DNA of 62,658 nucleotides, counting the filler. It is 7 parts of 7 records of this genome, joined end to end, with 100 filler letters (N's around TTAATTAATTAA, not from the genome) between each part and the next. Parts side by side here need not be neighbours in the genome. Positions count along the whole stretch, not along the records: positions 33,253 to 41,154 come from DRR723986_14803; positions 41,255 to 46,611 come from DRR723986_14805; positions 46,712 to 55,863 come from DRR723986_14824; 4 more parts are not named here. One strand, 5' to 3'. Position numbers and translations under genes: made by a program. Below, piece by piece: positions 38,896 through 49,209 of the stretch. Positions within the stretch are counted from its first letter, which is position 1; each line of letters opens with the position of its first letter. Below the pieces are notes generated by a model. It made no database searches. It was not told the origin of the DNA and worked only from the letters and a program-made list of their open reading frames with translations.

Positions 38896-38945
38896 CCTTT
38901 GATGTCAGACTCACACTCGACTCTTGGGAAGATTGTTTTACCGCC

Positions 38946-40100
38946 ATGAACGCACATGACTTTCACCCTCTGAACGAAGTTGACGAGCGCACCTTGGATA
39001 TACGGGCCGCGGAAGAATTCGCGGAACGTTATTTGGCAGCCGAACCTGGCAGCCAGGAACAGACCAGCATGGCTGCAGCCTTGACGATTCTTCTCGACGA
39101 CCCCAGCCGCGCCGTGCGCAAGGCGATAGCAAGCCTGCTTGCGCCAAGCGCCTACGCTCCCGGACACGTCGTCCGCTGCCTTGCAAGCGATGTCGACGAA
39201 GTGGCTTTACCGGTTCTGAAACGTTCTCCCATATTGACGGAAGTTGAACTGGTCGACCTTCTTGCCGAAGGCAGCGATGCCGTTCAATGCGCCATCGCCT
39301 CGCGCGAGGGATTGCCGGCTTCGGTTTGCGCCGCCATCTGTGAGGTTGGCTGCGAGCAAGCTTGCAGGCAGCTTCTGGAAAACAGAAGCGCCCGCATCCT
39401 GCAGTCCTCCCTCCTGCGTATCGCGCAAAGATTTGAAGACCGGCCGGACCTCTGCGACCAGCTTCTGAAAACCCGGGACCTGCCGCTGACCACGCGCTAT
39501 CAGTTGCTGATGCGGCTCGCGCAGAACCTCGACGATCATCCGATCGTGCTGGAGCGCGTTCCGGAAAACCAACGGCACACTTTCCTGAGCGATGCGGAAG
39601 ACAAGGTCGTGTTGCGGCTGGCTCTCGAAGCCGGTGCAAACGATCTGCCGGAATTCGTCGAGCATCTTCGTGTCAATGGCAAGCTGACCACCCGGTTGCT
39701 GCTGCGCGCAGTCTGCTGTGGACGCTTGCGGTTTTTCGCCGCCGCTCTTGCCAACCTTGGCCAGGTGCCGTTGCCGAGGCTGTGCAAGCTTTTGGTGACG
39801 GTTCGCCGGTCGGCCCTGCAGGCCATGCTCCGCAAGGCCGGTCTGCCGCTACGGGCTCACCAGGCCTTTCTGCTGGCCATTGACATTGCCCGGCAGGCGG
39901 ACGCCGACTTCACCTATGATCTGGCGCTGGACGAAGCCCGCATGCTAACGGAAACACTGCTTTCCGAAATGCAGGACGGCGCCCTGGGAGCGGACGAAGA
40001 CGTGACTGCATTCCTGCGCCGTTTCGCCATCGACGTTGCACGCTTGGAAGCGCGGCTATTGGTGAAGAACAGCGGCCTTCAGGTGACAGCCGCTGCTTGA
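38946..40100 (+). CDS. DUF2336 domain protein
   Basis: LLDDPS..VR.A.A, LASD..EVA.PVL.RSP.L, AIASR and LLLRA.C.G motifs. Confidence 0.85.
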   Translation: MNAHDFHPLNEVDERTLDIRAAEEFAERYLAAEPGSQEQTSMAAALTILLDDPSRAVRKAIASLLAPSAYAPGHVVRCLASDVDEVALPVLKRSPILTEVELVDLLAEGSDAVQCAIASREGLPASVCAAICEVGCEQACRQLLENRSARILQSSLLRIAQRFEDRPDLCDQLLKTRDLPLTTRYQLLMRLAQNLDDHPIVLERVPENQRHTFLSDAEDKVVLRLALEAGANDLPEFVEHLRVNGKLTTRLLLRAVCCGRLRFFAAALANLGQVPLPRLCKLLVTVRRSALQAMLRKAGLPLRAHQAFLLAIDIARQADADFTYDLALDEARMLTETLLSEMQDGALGADEDVTAFLRRFAIDVARLEARLLVKNSGLQVTAAA

Positions 40101-40133
40101 ACTGCTGTCAGATTCCATTTCAAAAGCTCGACC

Positions 40134-41154
40134 TTACCTCCAGAAACAAGTCGGCTGTGTGCCTGATTTGAGGTTGCGATTGCAAATCACTTGCCGACCG
40201 CAAGGGTGTGTGATGGTCGCAGTGATCTGCCGGTTGTTGAAATGAACCAGCCTTCTGGAAGATGCCGTCGGATTGGCGGGGCAAGCACCACTTGATTGTA
40301 CTGTCTTAGTGGAGTTGGACTTCTCGTTCGATTTGGAGGGGGCCTCCTGCCGAACGGCGATGCACTTGCCGTTTTTCAATTCCTGATTTCGGCCACATGT
40401 CAGCGGGCAGACACGGCCTGTCGATTGCTTCAGGCGGTCTAGAATTGAAGGGTCCGGGTCGAGCGAGGCAAGATCGACACCTGCTTCGCGGCTGAAAATC
40501 CTCAAAGCCTGCCGGCTACGGTTGCCCCAATCACCATCAACACGACCAACCGAACACCCAAGGCGGTTCAATTCGGTTTGCATTGCAGTGGCGAGTTCTT
40601 CAGGCGAGAGTGACCGGCTGCTTGTTGAAGGAACAATTGCTGGAGCTGGTTCGGTTGATACTGTTTCCTGCTGAGGCAGGGCAGCAACTGTTATCTCCTG
40701 CGCAGGGGGCGTGCTGTTGGAGGCGTCCGCAGCCTTGGCTGCCTTTGCCGCAGCGGCGGCAGTAGCTGCCGCTTCCACCTGCTGTTGCAGTGACGATATA
40801 TTCAGCCTTGCCAGCTTGGCGTAGATCCCGTCCGGATATTGCTCCAGATAGGTTTCATACATTTCCGGCCGGGTGGCGTTCTGGATTGATTGCCAGAAAG
40901 CGATTTCAGCGGAAGTGTCGGGCTTCGCGTTGCGGGCTGCTTCTGCCTCGCTACGGTTCTTGAGCTCATCGATCCGTATCTTGGCGATATCCGCGAACTG
41001 GCCCTCGGGATATCGGGTCAGGTAGGTTTCGAAATAGGCAATGGATTCGCCGGATTTGATGGAATCCCAGTAGGCCAGTTCGATTTGCGGGTTGATCGCG
41101 GGCTTCTCCGGTTCGACGGGCTGAACCATCTCAAGCTGTTTGAGAATGACTTCA
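40134..41154 (-). CDS. 5'-truncated protein with two 'YL..YP.G..A..A' repeats, a peptidoglycan-binding-like domain and a Cys-rich tail
   Basis: Frame open to the contig end; QTELNRLGC..GRVDGDWG..SR.AL motif; architecture typical of alphaproteobacterial caspase-family protein C-termini. Confidence 0.7.
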
Positions 41155-41254
41155 NNNNNNNNNNNNNNNNNNNNNNNNNNNNNNNNNNNNNNNNNNNNTT
41201 AATTAATTAANNNNNNNNNNNNNNNNNNNNNNNNNNNNNNNNNNNNNNNNNNNN
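41155..41254. other. Artificial contig-joining spacer
   Basis: N44-TTAATTAATTAA-N44. Confidence 0.98.
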
Positions 41255-42051
41255 GCAGCTTCCTTCAGGCGCTGCAGGGCCAGCGGGTCATTGTGCAGGT
41301 CGATGCCGCTTTCCTTCTTGAATTCTGCCGCCAGGTACTCGATCAGGCGCATGTCGAAGTCTTCACCACCGAGGAAGGTGTCACCGTTGGTGGACAGCAC
41401 TTCGAACTGGTGCTCGCCATCGACTTCGGCGATCTCGATGATGGAGATATCGAAGGTACCGCCACCCAGGTCGTACACCGCCACGGTGTGGTCGCCCTTG
41501 GCCTTGTCCATACCGTAGGCGAGCGCTGCCGCCGTCGGCTCGTTGATGATGCGCTTGACCTCGAGGCCGGCGATCTTGCCCGCGTCCTTGGTGGCCTGGC
41601 GCTGGGAATCATTGAAGTAGGCGGGCACCGTGATGACCGCTGCCGTTACCGGCTCGCCCAGGTATTCCTCGGCCGTTTTCTTCATCTTGCGCAGGACTTC
41701 AGCTGACACCTGGGGCGGCGCCATCTTGTCGTCTTTTACCTGCACCCAGGCGTCACCATTGTCCGCCTCGATGATCTTGTAGGGGACCATGCTGATGTCC
41801 TTCTGGACCACATCGTCCTTGAACTTGCGGCCGATCAGGCGCTTCACCGCGTACAGGGTGTTGTGCGGGTTGGTGACCGCCTGGCGCTTGGCACTCTGGC
41901 CAACCAGGATCTCACCTTCCTCGGTGTAAGCGACAATTGAAGGGGTCGTGCGATCACCCTCCGAATTCTCGATCACACGCGCCTTGTCGCCGTCCAGAAC
42001 GGCCACGCAGCTATTCGTGGTGCCGAGGTCAATACCAATAATCCTGCCCAT
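41255..42051 (-). CDS. dnaK: Chaperone DnaK, 3'-truncated
   Basis: [17 protein letters not shown] and DLGGGTFD motifs. Confidence 0.98.
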
Positions 42052-42106
42052 TTCTGTCTCCTTCAAAGACCGGGTCTGCCCGGCCTGTTGTTCACTGATA
42101 TTCTCT

Positions 42107-42134
42107 ATATTGGCCCGTTCGGACCGATTTCAAG
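42107..42134 (-). promoter_or_regulatory. Sigma32 promoter of dnaK
   Basis: Minus strand CTTGAA-N14-GCCAATAT. Confidence 0.75.
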
Positions 42135-42140
42135 CCTTGC

Positions 42141-42740
42141 TCAGGCGCCGTTCTTACTGACCATCACCATCGCGGGACGCACCAGCCGGCCGTTCAGGGT
42201 ATAGCCCTTCTGCATGACCGCTATCACCGTGTTGGGCTCGACGTCAGGGTTCTCTACCATGCTCATGGCCTGGTGTACCTGCGGGTCGAAAGGCTCGCCC
42301 TCGGGGTACAGTTGCTCGATATTGAATTTCCCCAGGGCGTCCAGGAAGCTCTTCAGGGTCAGCTCGACGCCCTCGGCGATCGGCTTGACCGCCTCGACGT
42401 CGGCGGGAGCCGACTCCAGAGCGCGCTCCAGGTTGTCCACTACCGGCAACAACTCGCTGCAGAAACGCTCCAGGGCGAATTTGCGCGCCTTCTCAACATC
42501 CTGCTCGGCGCGCCGCTTGACGTTCTGGGCATCGGCCTGGGCCCGCAGGGCGGCATCGCGCGCCTGCTCCACGTCGGCCTGCAGCTGGGCGACCATGTCT
42601 TCCAGCGAGGGCTGCTGGTCATCGTCAGCCCCTTCCGGGGCCTCCGCCAGCTCGTCGCCGGCTGCGTGCTGCGGGTCTGCGACGGCCTCGAGGCCGTCGT
42701 CAGCCGGGGTTTCAGCGTGTTTCTGATCCTGATCGGCCAT
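42141..42740 (-). CDS. grpE: Nucleotide exchange factor GrpE
   Basis: [21 protein letters not shown] and [16 protein letters not shown] motifs. Confidence 0.96.
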   Translation of the reverse strand: MADQDQKHAETPADDGLEAVADPQHAAGDELAEAPEGADDDQQPSLEDMVAQLQADVEQARDAALRAQADAQNVKRRAEQDVEKARKFALERFCSELLPVVDNLERALESAPADVEAVKPIAEGVELTLKSFLDALGKFNIEQLYPEGEPFDPQVHQAMSMVENPDVEPNTVIAVMQKGYTLNGRLVRPAMVMVSKNGA

Positions 42741-42797
42741 GCCGTATTCACTCCCTATCATGGCTGGGGTTTACGGGAATTTCACAAGAATTGCGCG

Positions 42798-42825
42798 ATA
42801 TGGGGTCGAACGACCCCATTTCAAG
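42798..42825 (-). promoter_or_regulatory. Sigma32 promoter of grpE
   Basis: Minus strand CTTGAA-N14-CCCCATAT, full consensus. Confidence 0.88.
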
Positions 42826-42858
42826 GCTGCCGGGGAGAAAAAATGGGCTTGTTGTGGG

Positions 42859-43893
42859 CTACTTGGCCAGTGCCGAGCTCAGCATCCGCGCGGTGACATC
42901 GACAATGGGGATGACCCGCTCGTAGGCCATACGGGTGGGGCCGATCACCCCCAGGACACCCAGGGTCTGCCTGCCGTCGCTGTAGGGGGCGGTGACCACG
43001 CTGTAGTCGCCGAATACCTCGTAGCCCGCCTCCTCGCCAATGTAGATCTGGATGCCCTGGGCACGGGAGCAGCGCTCCAGCAGATGCAGCAGATCCTGCT
43101 TTTTCTCGAAGGCGTCGAACAGCTCCCGCAGCTTCAGCATCTCCTCTGCGGTGGCGCTGCCCAGCAGGCGCGACTCCCCCGCCACCACATATTCCTCGGC
43201 CGGTTCATCCTGGTCCAGGGCCTGGTTGGCGAGGTCCAGGGCGGCGCTGAGGTAGCTGTCGATCTGGCTGCGGGCCTCCTCCATCTCGCGCAGGATGCGG
43301 GCCTTCACCTCGCTCAGCTCGCGCCCGGCGTAGCGCTGGTTCACCAGCATCGCCGCCTCGCGCAGCTGTTGCTCGGAAAACTGGCGCTGGGTATGGATGA
43401 TCCGGTTCTGTACCTCGCGCTCGTTGACCACCAGGATCACCAGCACCCGGTCGCCGGACAGGGGCAGGAATTCCACCTGGCGCAGCTGGTTTGCCTCCTG
43501 GCGCGGCACCGTCACCACCCCCGCCTGGGAGGTAATCGAGGACAGCAGGGACGAGGCGGACTGCACCAGTTCGGTCGCCGACTTGTCCGGGTTCAGTTCG
43601 GAGCGCAGGGCGCGCACCGCGAGTTCGTCCAGCGGCTGTACCTGCAGCAGGGTGTCGACAAACAGGCGATAGCCCATGGCCGTCGGCACCCGCCCGGCGG
43701 AGGTATGGGGCGAATGCAGGTAGCCCTGCTCCTCGAGATCGGACAGGACGTTGCGGATAGTGGCGGCGCTGACCGGCAGGCCGGTTTCCTCGCGCAAGGT
43801 GGCCGAGCCTACCGGCTGGCCATCGCGGATGTGGCGCTCCACCAGGGCCTTGAGCAGGACCAGCGCCCGCTCGGAGATGTCACCAACTGCCAT
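42859..43893 (-). CDS. hrcA: Heat-inducible transcription repressor HrcA
   Basis: PVGS, SAATIRN, PHTSAGRVPT and GVIGPTRMAY motifs. Confidence 0.96.
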   Translation of the reverse strand: MAVGDISERALVLLKALVERHIRDGQPVGSATLREETGLPVSAATIRNVLSDLEEQGYLHSPHTSAGRVPTAMGYRLFVDTLLQVQPLDELAVRALRSELNPDKSATELVQSASSLLSSITSQAGVVTVPRQEANQLRQVEFLPLSGDRVLVILVVNEREVQNRIIHTQRQFSEQQLREAAMLVNQRYAGRELSEVKARILREMEEARSQIDSYLSAALDLANQALDQDEPAEEYVVAGESRLLGSATAEEMLKLRELFDAFEKKQDLLHLLERCSRAQGIQIYIGEEAGYEVFGDYSVVTAPYSDGRQTLGVLGVIGPTRMAYERVIPIVDVTARMLSSALAK

Positions 43894-44028
43894 AAATCAT
43901 CACAGTTACCGTTTGCAGCGGTTGTAACACAGTGCCCGGCTTTTACAAAATGCGCACCCGCGAGCGCCCCGGATATTTATGCGCCGCGACTTCTGCGGTA
44001 TAAGGGAGGAAATCAGCGCAGCGCAGCC

Positions 44029-45687
44029 ATGCTCACTCACATCAGCATCAGCGATTACACCATCGTGACCGCCCTGGAAATGGAATTCGGCGGCGGCATG
44101 ACCGTCATCACCGGGGAAACCGGCGCCGGCAAATCCATCATGCTCGATGCGCTGGGCCTGTGCCTCGGTGACCGGGCCGACCCCAAGGCCATCCGTCCAG
44201 GTTGCGACCGGGCGGATATCAGCGCCAGCTTCGATATCAGCACCGTTGCCCCCGCCCAGGCCTGGCTCAAGGGCCGCGACCTGTACACCGGGGACGAGTG
44301 CATCCTGCGCCGGGTGGTGACTACCGAGGGCCGCTCCCGCGCCTATATCAATGGCAGCCCCTCCACCCTGCAGGACTGCGGTGAATTGGGCGAACTGCTG
44401 ATCGACATTCACAGCCAGCATGCCCACCAGTCGCTGCTGCGCCGGCCGGTCCAGCGGGAATTGCTGGACGCTTTCGCCGGCCACCTGCCACTGGCCCGCT
44501 CCCTGGAACAGGCCGCCTCGGACTGGCTGCGCTGCAAGCGCGAGCTCGAACTGCTCACCGGCGCCCACGCGGAACAGACCGCCCGGGCCCAGCTGCTCAC
44601 CTACCAGGTGGAGGAACTCGACCAGCTGGCGCTGGGTGCAAACGAACTGGCAGAACTGGAACAGGAACAGAAACAGCTGGCCAATGCCGAGTCCATCCTG
44701 CACAGCGCCCACCAGGCTCTGGAGCTGACCGAGGAGCACGCCGCGGGCACCCGCCGCGCCTTCCAGCTGCTGCAAGGGGACACCCACGCCGGCCGGGTTA
44801 TCGCAGCGGCCCGGGAATTGCTCGACTCAGCCGCTATCCAGTTAAGTGAAGCGCGCAGTGAGGTACAGGCCTACATCGACTCGGTGGAGATCGACCCGCA
44901 ACGCCTGGCAGAAGTCGAACACCGGCTGGAGCAGATTTACGACGTGGCCCGCAAACACCGGGTGCTGCCGGAACAGTTGCCGGAGTTACACGACAGCCTC
45001 TCGGAAGAACTGCAGGGGCTGACCGATGGCGGGCAGCGTATCGTCGAGCTGGAGCAGGCGCTGACAGACCTCGCTGCCTCCTATGCCAAGGACGCGGGCA
45101 AACTCGGCAGCGGTCGCCGCAAGGCGGCGAGCAAGCTGGAAAAAGCCGCCGGCCAGGTGCTGGATTCGCTGGCCATGGGCCAGTGCAGCTTCAGCATCAA
45201 CCTGAGCGAACGGGCTTCCGAGGACCCTCACCCCCACGGACGCGAGGATATCGAGTTCCTGATCAGCACCAATCCGGGCGCCCCGCCCCAGCCGCTGGGC
45301 AAGATCGCGTCCGGCGGGGAGCTGTCGCGGATCAGCCTGGCGATCCAGGTGGTCACCGCCAGCGGCGGCACCGTGCCGTCTATGGTATTTGACGAGGTGG
45401 ATGTCGGGATCGGCGGTGCGGTGGCAGAAGTGGTTGGCCGCCTGTTGCGCCAACTGTCGGACCAGGCCCAGGTGCTGTGTGTCACCCACCTGCCGCAGGT
45501 CGCCGCCCAGGGCCATCAGCACCTGCAGGTCAGCAAGCGCGGTGACCGCAAGTCCGTCGAGACGACGATGTCCGCCCTGGATACCGACACCCGGGTAGCG
45601 GAAATCGCCCGCATGCTCGGCGGCGTGAAAATCACCGACCAGACCCTGGCCCATGCCCGGGAGATGCTGGAAAGCGCGGACAGTTGA
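44029..45687 (+). CDS. recN: DNA repair protein RecN
   Basis: TGETGAGKS, IHSQH, ASGGELSR, FDEVDVG and CVTHLPQVAA motifs; true start MLTHISI lies inside the 982-aa ORF. Confidence 0.96.
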   Translation: MLTHISISDYTIVTALEMEFGGGMTVITGETGAGKSIMLDALGLCLGDRADPKAIRPGCDRADISASFDISTVAPAQAWLKGRDLYTGDECILRRVVTTEGRSRAYINGSPSTLQDCGELGELLIDIHSQHAHQSLLRRPVQRELLDAFAGHLPLARSLEQAASDWLRCKRELELLTGAHAEQTARAQLLTYQVEELDQLALGANELAELEQEQKQLANAESILHSAHQALELTEEHAAGTRRAFQLLQGDTHAGRVIAAARELLDSAAIQLSEARSEVQAYIDSVEIDPQRLAEVEHRLEQIYDVARKHRVLPEQLPELHDSLSEELQGLTDGGQRIVELEQALTDLAASYAKDAGKLGSGRRKAASKLEKAAGQVLDSLAMGQCSFSINLSERASEDPHPHGREDIEFLISTNPGAPPQPLGKIASGGELSRISLAIQVVTASGGTVPSMVFDEVDVGIGGAVAEVVGRLLRQLSDQAQVLCVTHLPQVAAQGHQHLQVSKRGDRKSVETTMSALDTDTRVAEIARMLGGVKITDQTLAHAREMLESADS

Positions 45688-45726
45688 TCGGCGGGATCCC
45701 CGCCACCGCAGCGCGAAGGTGGGGGC

Positions 45727-46164
45727 CTAGCGGTCTTTCTTGCGGACGTACAGGATCAGGGAGTGGTCGACCAGCTCATAGCCGTGTTCTGCGGCTATCT
45801 CATGCTGGCGCTGTTCAATCACCGAATCGGTAAACTCGATCACCTCGTCGGTCGACAGGCAGACCATATGGTCGTGGTGATCGCCTTTGGCCAACTCGAA
45901 TACCGAGTGCGGGGTTCCGGGCTTGTCGCGCCCGGCCTCGAAGTTGTGGCGCACCACCAGGCCTGCGGTTTCGAACTGGGTCAGCACCCGGTAAACGGTC
46001 GCCAGCCCCACCTCTTCCCCGGCATCGCGCAGGGCCTGGTACACCTGTTCCGCGCTCATATGCTGGGCGCCATCACCGGTGCTTTCCAAAATCTGCAGGA
46101 TCTTCACCCGCGGCAGGGTAACCTTGAGACCAGCCTTGCGCAGCTCCTGGTTTTCTACGGCCAT
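45727..46164 (-). CDS. fur: Ferric uptake regulator
   Basis: LRKAGLKVTLPR, GLATVYRVL and HHDHMVC motifs; divergent from bamE. Confidence 0.95.
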   Translation of the reverse strand: MAVENQELRKAGLKVTLPRVKILQILESTGDGAQHMSAEQVYQALRDAGEEVGLATVYRVLTQFETAGLVVRHNFEAGRDKPGTPHSVFELAKGDHHDHMVCLSTDEVIEFTDSVIEQRQHEIAAEHGYELVDHSLILYVRKKDR

Positions 46165-46238
46165 ACTCCGGGGGTTCTCTGGGATGAAAGGTCGCTGTAT
46201 GATGCCACCCCTGACCCCGAAGTGGAAGTTAACCGTCC

Positions 46239-46611
46239 GTGCGTGCGCTCCTGCCAAGCCTGCTGTTCATCACCCTCACCGCCTGCGGATTCGTTGGTTT
46301 TCCCGGCGTTTACCGCATCGATGTCGAGCAGGGAAATATCGTCACCCAGGAGATGGTCGACCAGCTGAAGCCGGGCATGAGCCGGCGCCAGGTCAGGTTC
46401 ATCATGGGTACGTCCTTGATGGAAGACACCTTCAACCAGGATCGCTGGGACTACCCCCACTCCATCCGCAACGGCGGCGAAGTCATCAAGCAATCCCATG
46501 TCTCGGTGCACTTCGACGGTGATTCACTGATCCGGGTTACCGGGGAGCCCTTACCCGCCTGGGCCAAACCCACGCCGGCACCTGAGGCTGAGGCTGAGGC
46601 TGAGGCTGAGG
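46239..46611 (+). CDS. bamE: Outer membrane assembly lipoprotein BamE, 3'-truncated
   Basis: Lipobox LTAC, YRIDVEQGN, GMSRRQVRFIMGT and RWDY motifs. Confidence 0.92.
46582..46611 (+). repeat. Hexanucleotide tandem repeat (CTGAGG)5 encoding an EA repeat
   Basis: Read directly; runs into the contig end. Confidence 0.9.
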
Positions 46612-46711
46612 NNNNNNNNNNNNNNNNNNNNNNNNNNNNNNNNNNNNNNNNNNNNTTAATTAATTAANNNNNNNNNNNNNNNNNNNNNNNNNNNNNNNNN
46701 NNNNNNNNNNN
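46612..46711. other. Artificial contig-joining spacer
   Basis: N44-TTAATTAATTAA-N44. Confidence 0.98.
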
Positions 46712-47542
46712 TATCTTTGACAATGGATCATTAATGATCCAGACAACAGCTATCACAGCTGCGGTCCACATCAGAATTTTATCAACCATTGTGAATGGAT
46801 TGAATTTATCACCTTTATCTAGTTTAGGACTGTTAGCCTCGTCTAAAATTTCATCTGATTCTTTCTTCTCTTCTTGTGGTTCTAATTCTGGAACTTTGCC
46901 TTTTTCAGGAGCAAGACCAACATTACCCAGGATTTTTTGAGCAAACATGAATTGGAACATCCCTAATAACATGAATATACCAGCTAATCCGAATCCATAA
47001 CTCCATGAAACGCTCTCACCAATGTATCCGCATAACATGATTCCTAAGAAGGCTCCAGCATTTACACCCATATAGAAAATGGTGTAGGCACCATCTTTTT
47101 TCTCAGGCACATCCTTATACATATGAGAGATGATAGAAGTCATGTTAGGTTTGAAGAAACCATTACCGAATATCAATAAGGCAATTCCTAAATAAAGAGC
47201 TAGTTCATTTTCTAATGCCATAGCAGCATGACCAAAAGTCATCAACAGGGCACCAATAACAACGGCTTTTCTATAGCCAATTAATCTATCGGCAATGTAA
47301 CCTCCCAAGATAGGGGTGAGGTAAACCATTGATGTATAGGTTCCATAAAGAGATAAGGCTTGACCAGATGTCCAATCCCATCCTCCAAGACCTGGAGAAC
47401 TGATTAGGAATAACACCAATAGTGCTCTCATTCCATAGTAGGAGAATCTCTCCCACATCTCAGTAAAAAACAGTACAAAAAGCCCGGCTGGGTGACCTAA
47501 TACTTTTGACTCAAAAAAGTTGTCTGTTGAATTTCCTTGCAT
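46712..47542 (-). CDS. POT/PTR family peptide:H+ symporter, 3'-truncated
   Basis: EMWERFSYYGMR, GNGFFKPN and FYMGVNAG motifs. Confidence 0.93.
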
Positions 47543-47579
47543 GGTAAATCGTTGTTTTCTTTTCTAACAATTAGTTTTT

Positions 47580-48986
47580 TTAGCTCATTTCATCATCTAC
47601 AAGATGATCTGTAATTTCAAATCCTTCTGCTTCCTCATGAATGGTTCCTTCTTGATCTTCAGCTCCGTGAGTAAGTGCTTTTAGTTTTTTCAAAAAGATG
47701 ATAATTAATAACCCAAATATTACACAAAATGCTGCGATTCCTGTGAATAAGGTGTACTCTCCAAGACCTTCTGCAGATTCTCCTAACAAACCGGCTAATT
47801 TATTTCCAAATCCGGTCATTGCAAAATATGTTCCCATCATAATTGACGCATATTTTAGTGGTGCCAGTTTCGTTATGAATGACAATGCTACAGGTGAAGC
47901 ACATAGCTCGCCAATAGTATGGAACAAATAAGCAAAAACAAGCCAATACATTGCTGAAGAACCAGCCGACTCATATTCTGCCGCTGCCGCAGTCATGAAT
48001 AAAAATCCAGAACCCATTATAATAGTTCCGATAGCCATTTTAAATAATGATGAAGCTTCTTTGGATTTTAATTTACGTTTAGCCCAAAATGCAGCAATCA
48101 CCGTTCCGAATATAATGATGAACATGGCATTCAAAGACTGGAAAACAGATGCTGGAATCTCAGTACCGAAGAACATTCGGTTCGTTTTTTCCATTGTATA
48201 GATGTTCATTAATCCACCGGCTTGCTCAAATGCACCCCAGAATACGATCACAATTAAGAATGATAAAAACAAAACAATTACTCTATCCTTTTCTATTTTT
48301 GTTAGTGGTTTTTTAGCTGCCTCTTTAATTTTAGGATCTTCTGATTTCCCGATAAAGTTACCAACATGTGTCAGGTGCTTCTGCCCTAGCATGTAAACCA
48401 ACTGACCTAAAACCATACCTATTCCTGCGAGTCCAAATCCATAATGCCATCCGTGAACTTCTCCAACATATCCAACAATTAGACTTGATAAAAATGCACC
48501 AATGTTAATTCCAATGTAAAAAATCGTAAATCCTTTATCTCTTCTTATATCTCCTTGCTTGTATAAGCCACCCACCATAGTTGAAATATTTGGTTTTAAC
48601 ATTCCAACACCAGCAATGATTAATCCAAGACCTGAATAGAATGCCCACATCTGCTCAATCGCCAATACTCCGTGTCCAATGCAAAGTAACAGTCCTCCGA
48701 CCATCACAGATTTCTTTTGTCCAAGAATTTTATCAGCAATTATTCCACCAGGAATGGAGGCAACATAAACTAGCATAGTGTACCATCCATAGAGAGCAAG
48801 TGCATCTCCATTTGACCAACCTAAACCTCCGTTTTCGCCTGTAGTTTGAGATACCATGTAAAGAACCAATATAGCTCTCATACCATAGTACGAGAATCGT
48901 TCCCACATTTCAGTAAAAAATAACACGTAAAGCCCAATCGGATGACCGAACATTTCTTTCTGACTAGGGGCTGCGGTATTACTCAT
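47580..48986 (-). CDS. POT/PTR family peptide:H+ symporter
   Basis: EMWERFSYYGMR, GMLKPNI, FEQAGG and GELCASP motifs. Confidence 0.95.
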   Translation of the reverse strand: MSNTAAPSQKEMFGHPIGLYVLFFTEMWERFSYYGMRAILVLYMVSQTTGENGGLGWSNGDALALYGWYTMLVYVASIPGGIIADKILGQKKSVMVGGLLLCIGHGVLAIEQMWAFYSGLGLIIAGVGMLKPNISTMVGGLYKQGDIRRDKGFTIFYIGINIGAFLSSLIVGYVGEVHGWHYGFGLAGIGMVLGQLVYMLGQKHLTHVGNFIGKSEDPKIKEAAKKPLTKIEKDRVIVLFLSFLIVIVFWGAFEQAGGLMNIYTMEKTNRMFFGTEIPASVFQSLNAMFIIIFGTVIAAFWAKRKLKSKEASSLFKMAIGTIIMGSGFLFMTAAAAEYESAGSSAMYWLVFAYLFHTIGELCASPVALSFITKLAPLKYASIMMGTYFAMTGFGNKLAGLLGESAEGLGEYTLFTGIAAFCVIFGLLIIIFLKKLKALTHGAEDQEGTIHEEAEGFEITDHLVDDEMS

Positions 48987-49178
48987 AAGTATCCTAAAAA
49001 GTTTAAGCCCGTGAAATTAACCAAAATAAAATTAATCACACTACCGTTTGTCAAAATTTAATGCATTAAAACAGCTTTATTTTTTGATTAATTGAAAGTT
49101 AATCTTCTAAAACATAAACTTTAACGAATTCTTTATACCGTTAAGATAATTTTTGGGCCATCAAGAAGATTTATAAAT

Positions 49179-49186
49179 TACCTTTG
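49179..49186 (+). promoter_or_regulatory. Bacteroidota housekeeping-sigma -7 element
   Basis: TACCTTTG, 23 nt upstream of the M1 peptidase ATG. Confidence 0.55.
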
Positions 49187-49209
49187 TGGCCGATTACTAA
49201 AAAGTACAT

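Noticed and set aside
43894..44028. CIRCE element or LexA box between hrcA and recN
   Set aside because: No TTAGCACTC-N9-GAGTGCTAA and no convincing CTG-N10-CAG by eye
42739..45687. 982-aa ORF as a novel RecN fusion
   Set aside because: The first 430 codons are mostly the antisense of hrcA in GC-rich DNA; RecN begins at 44029
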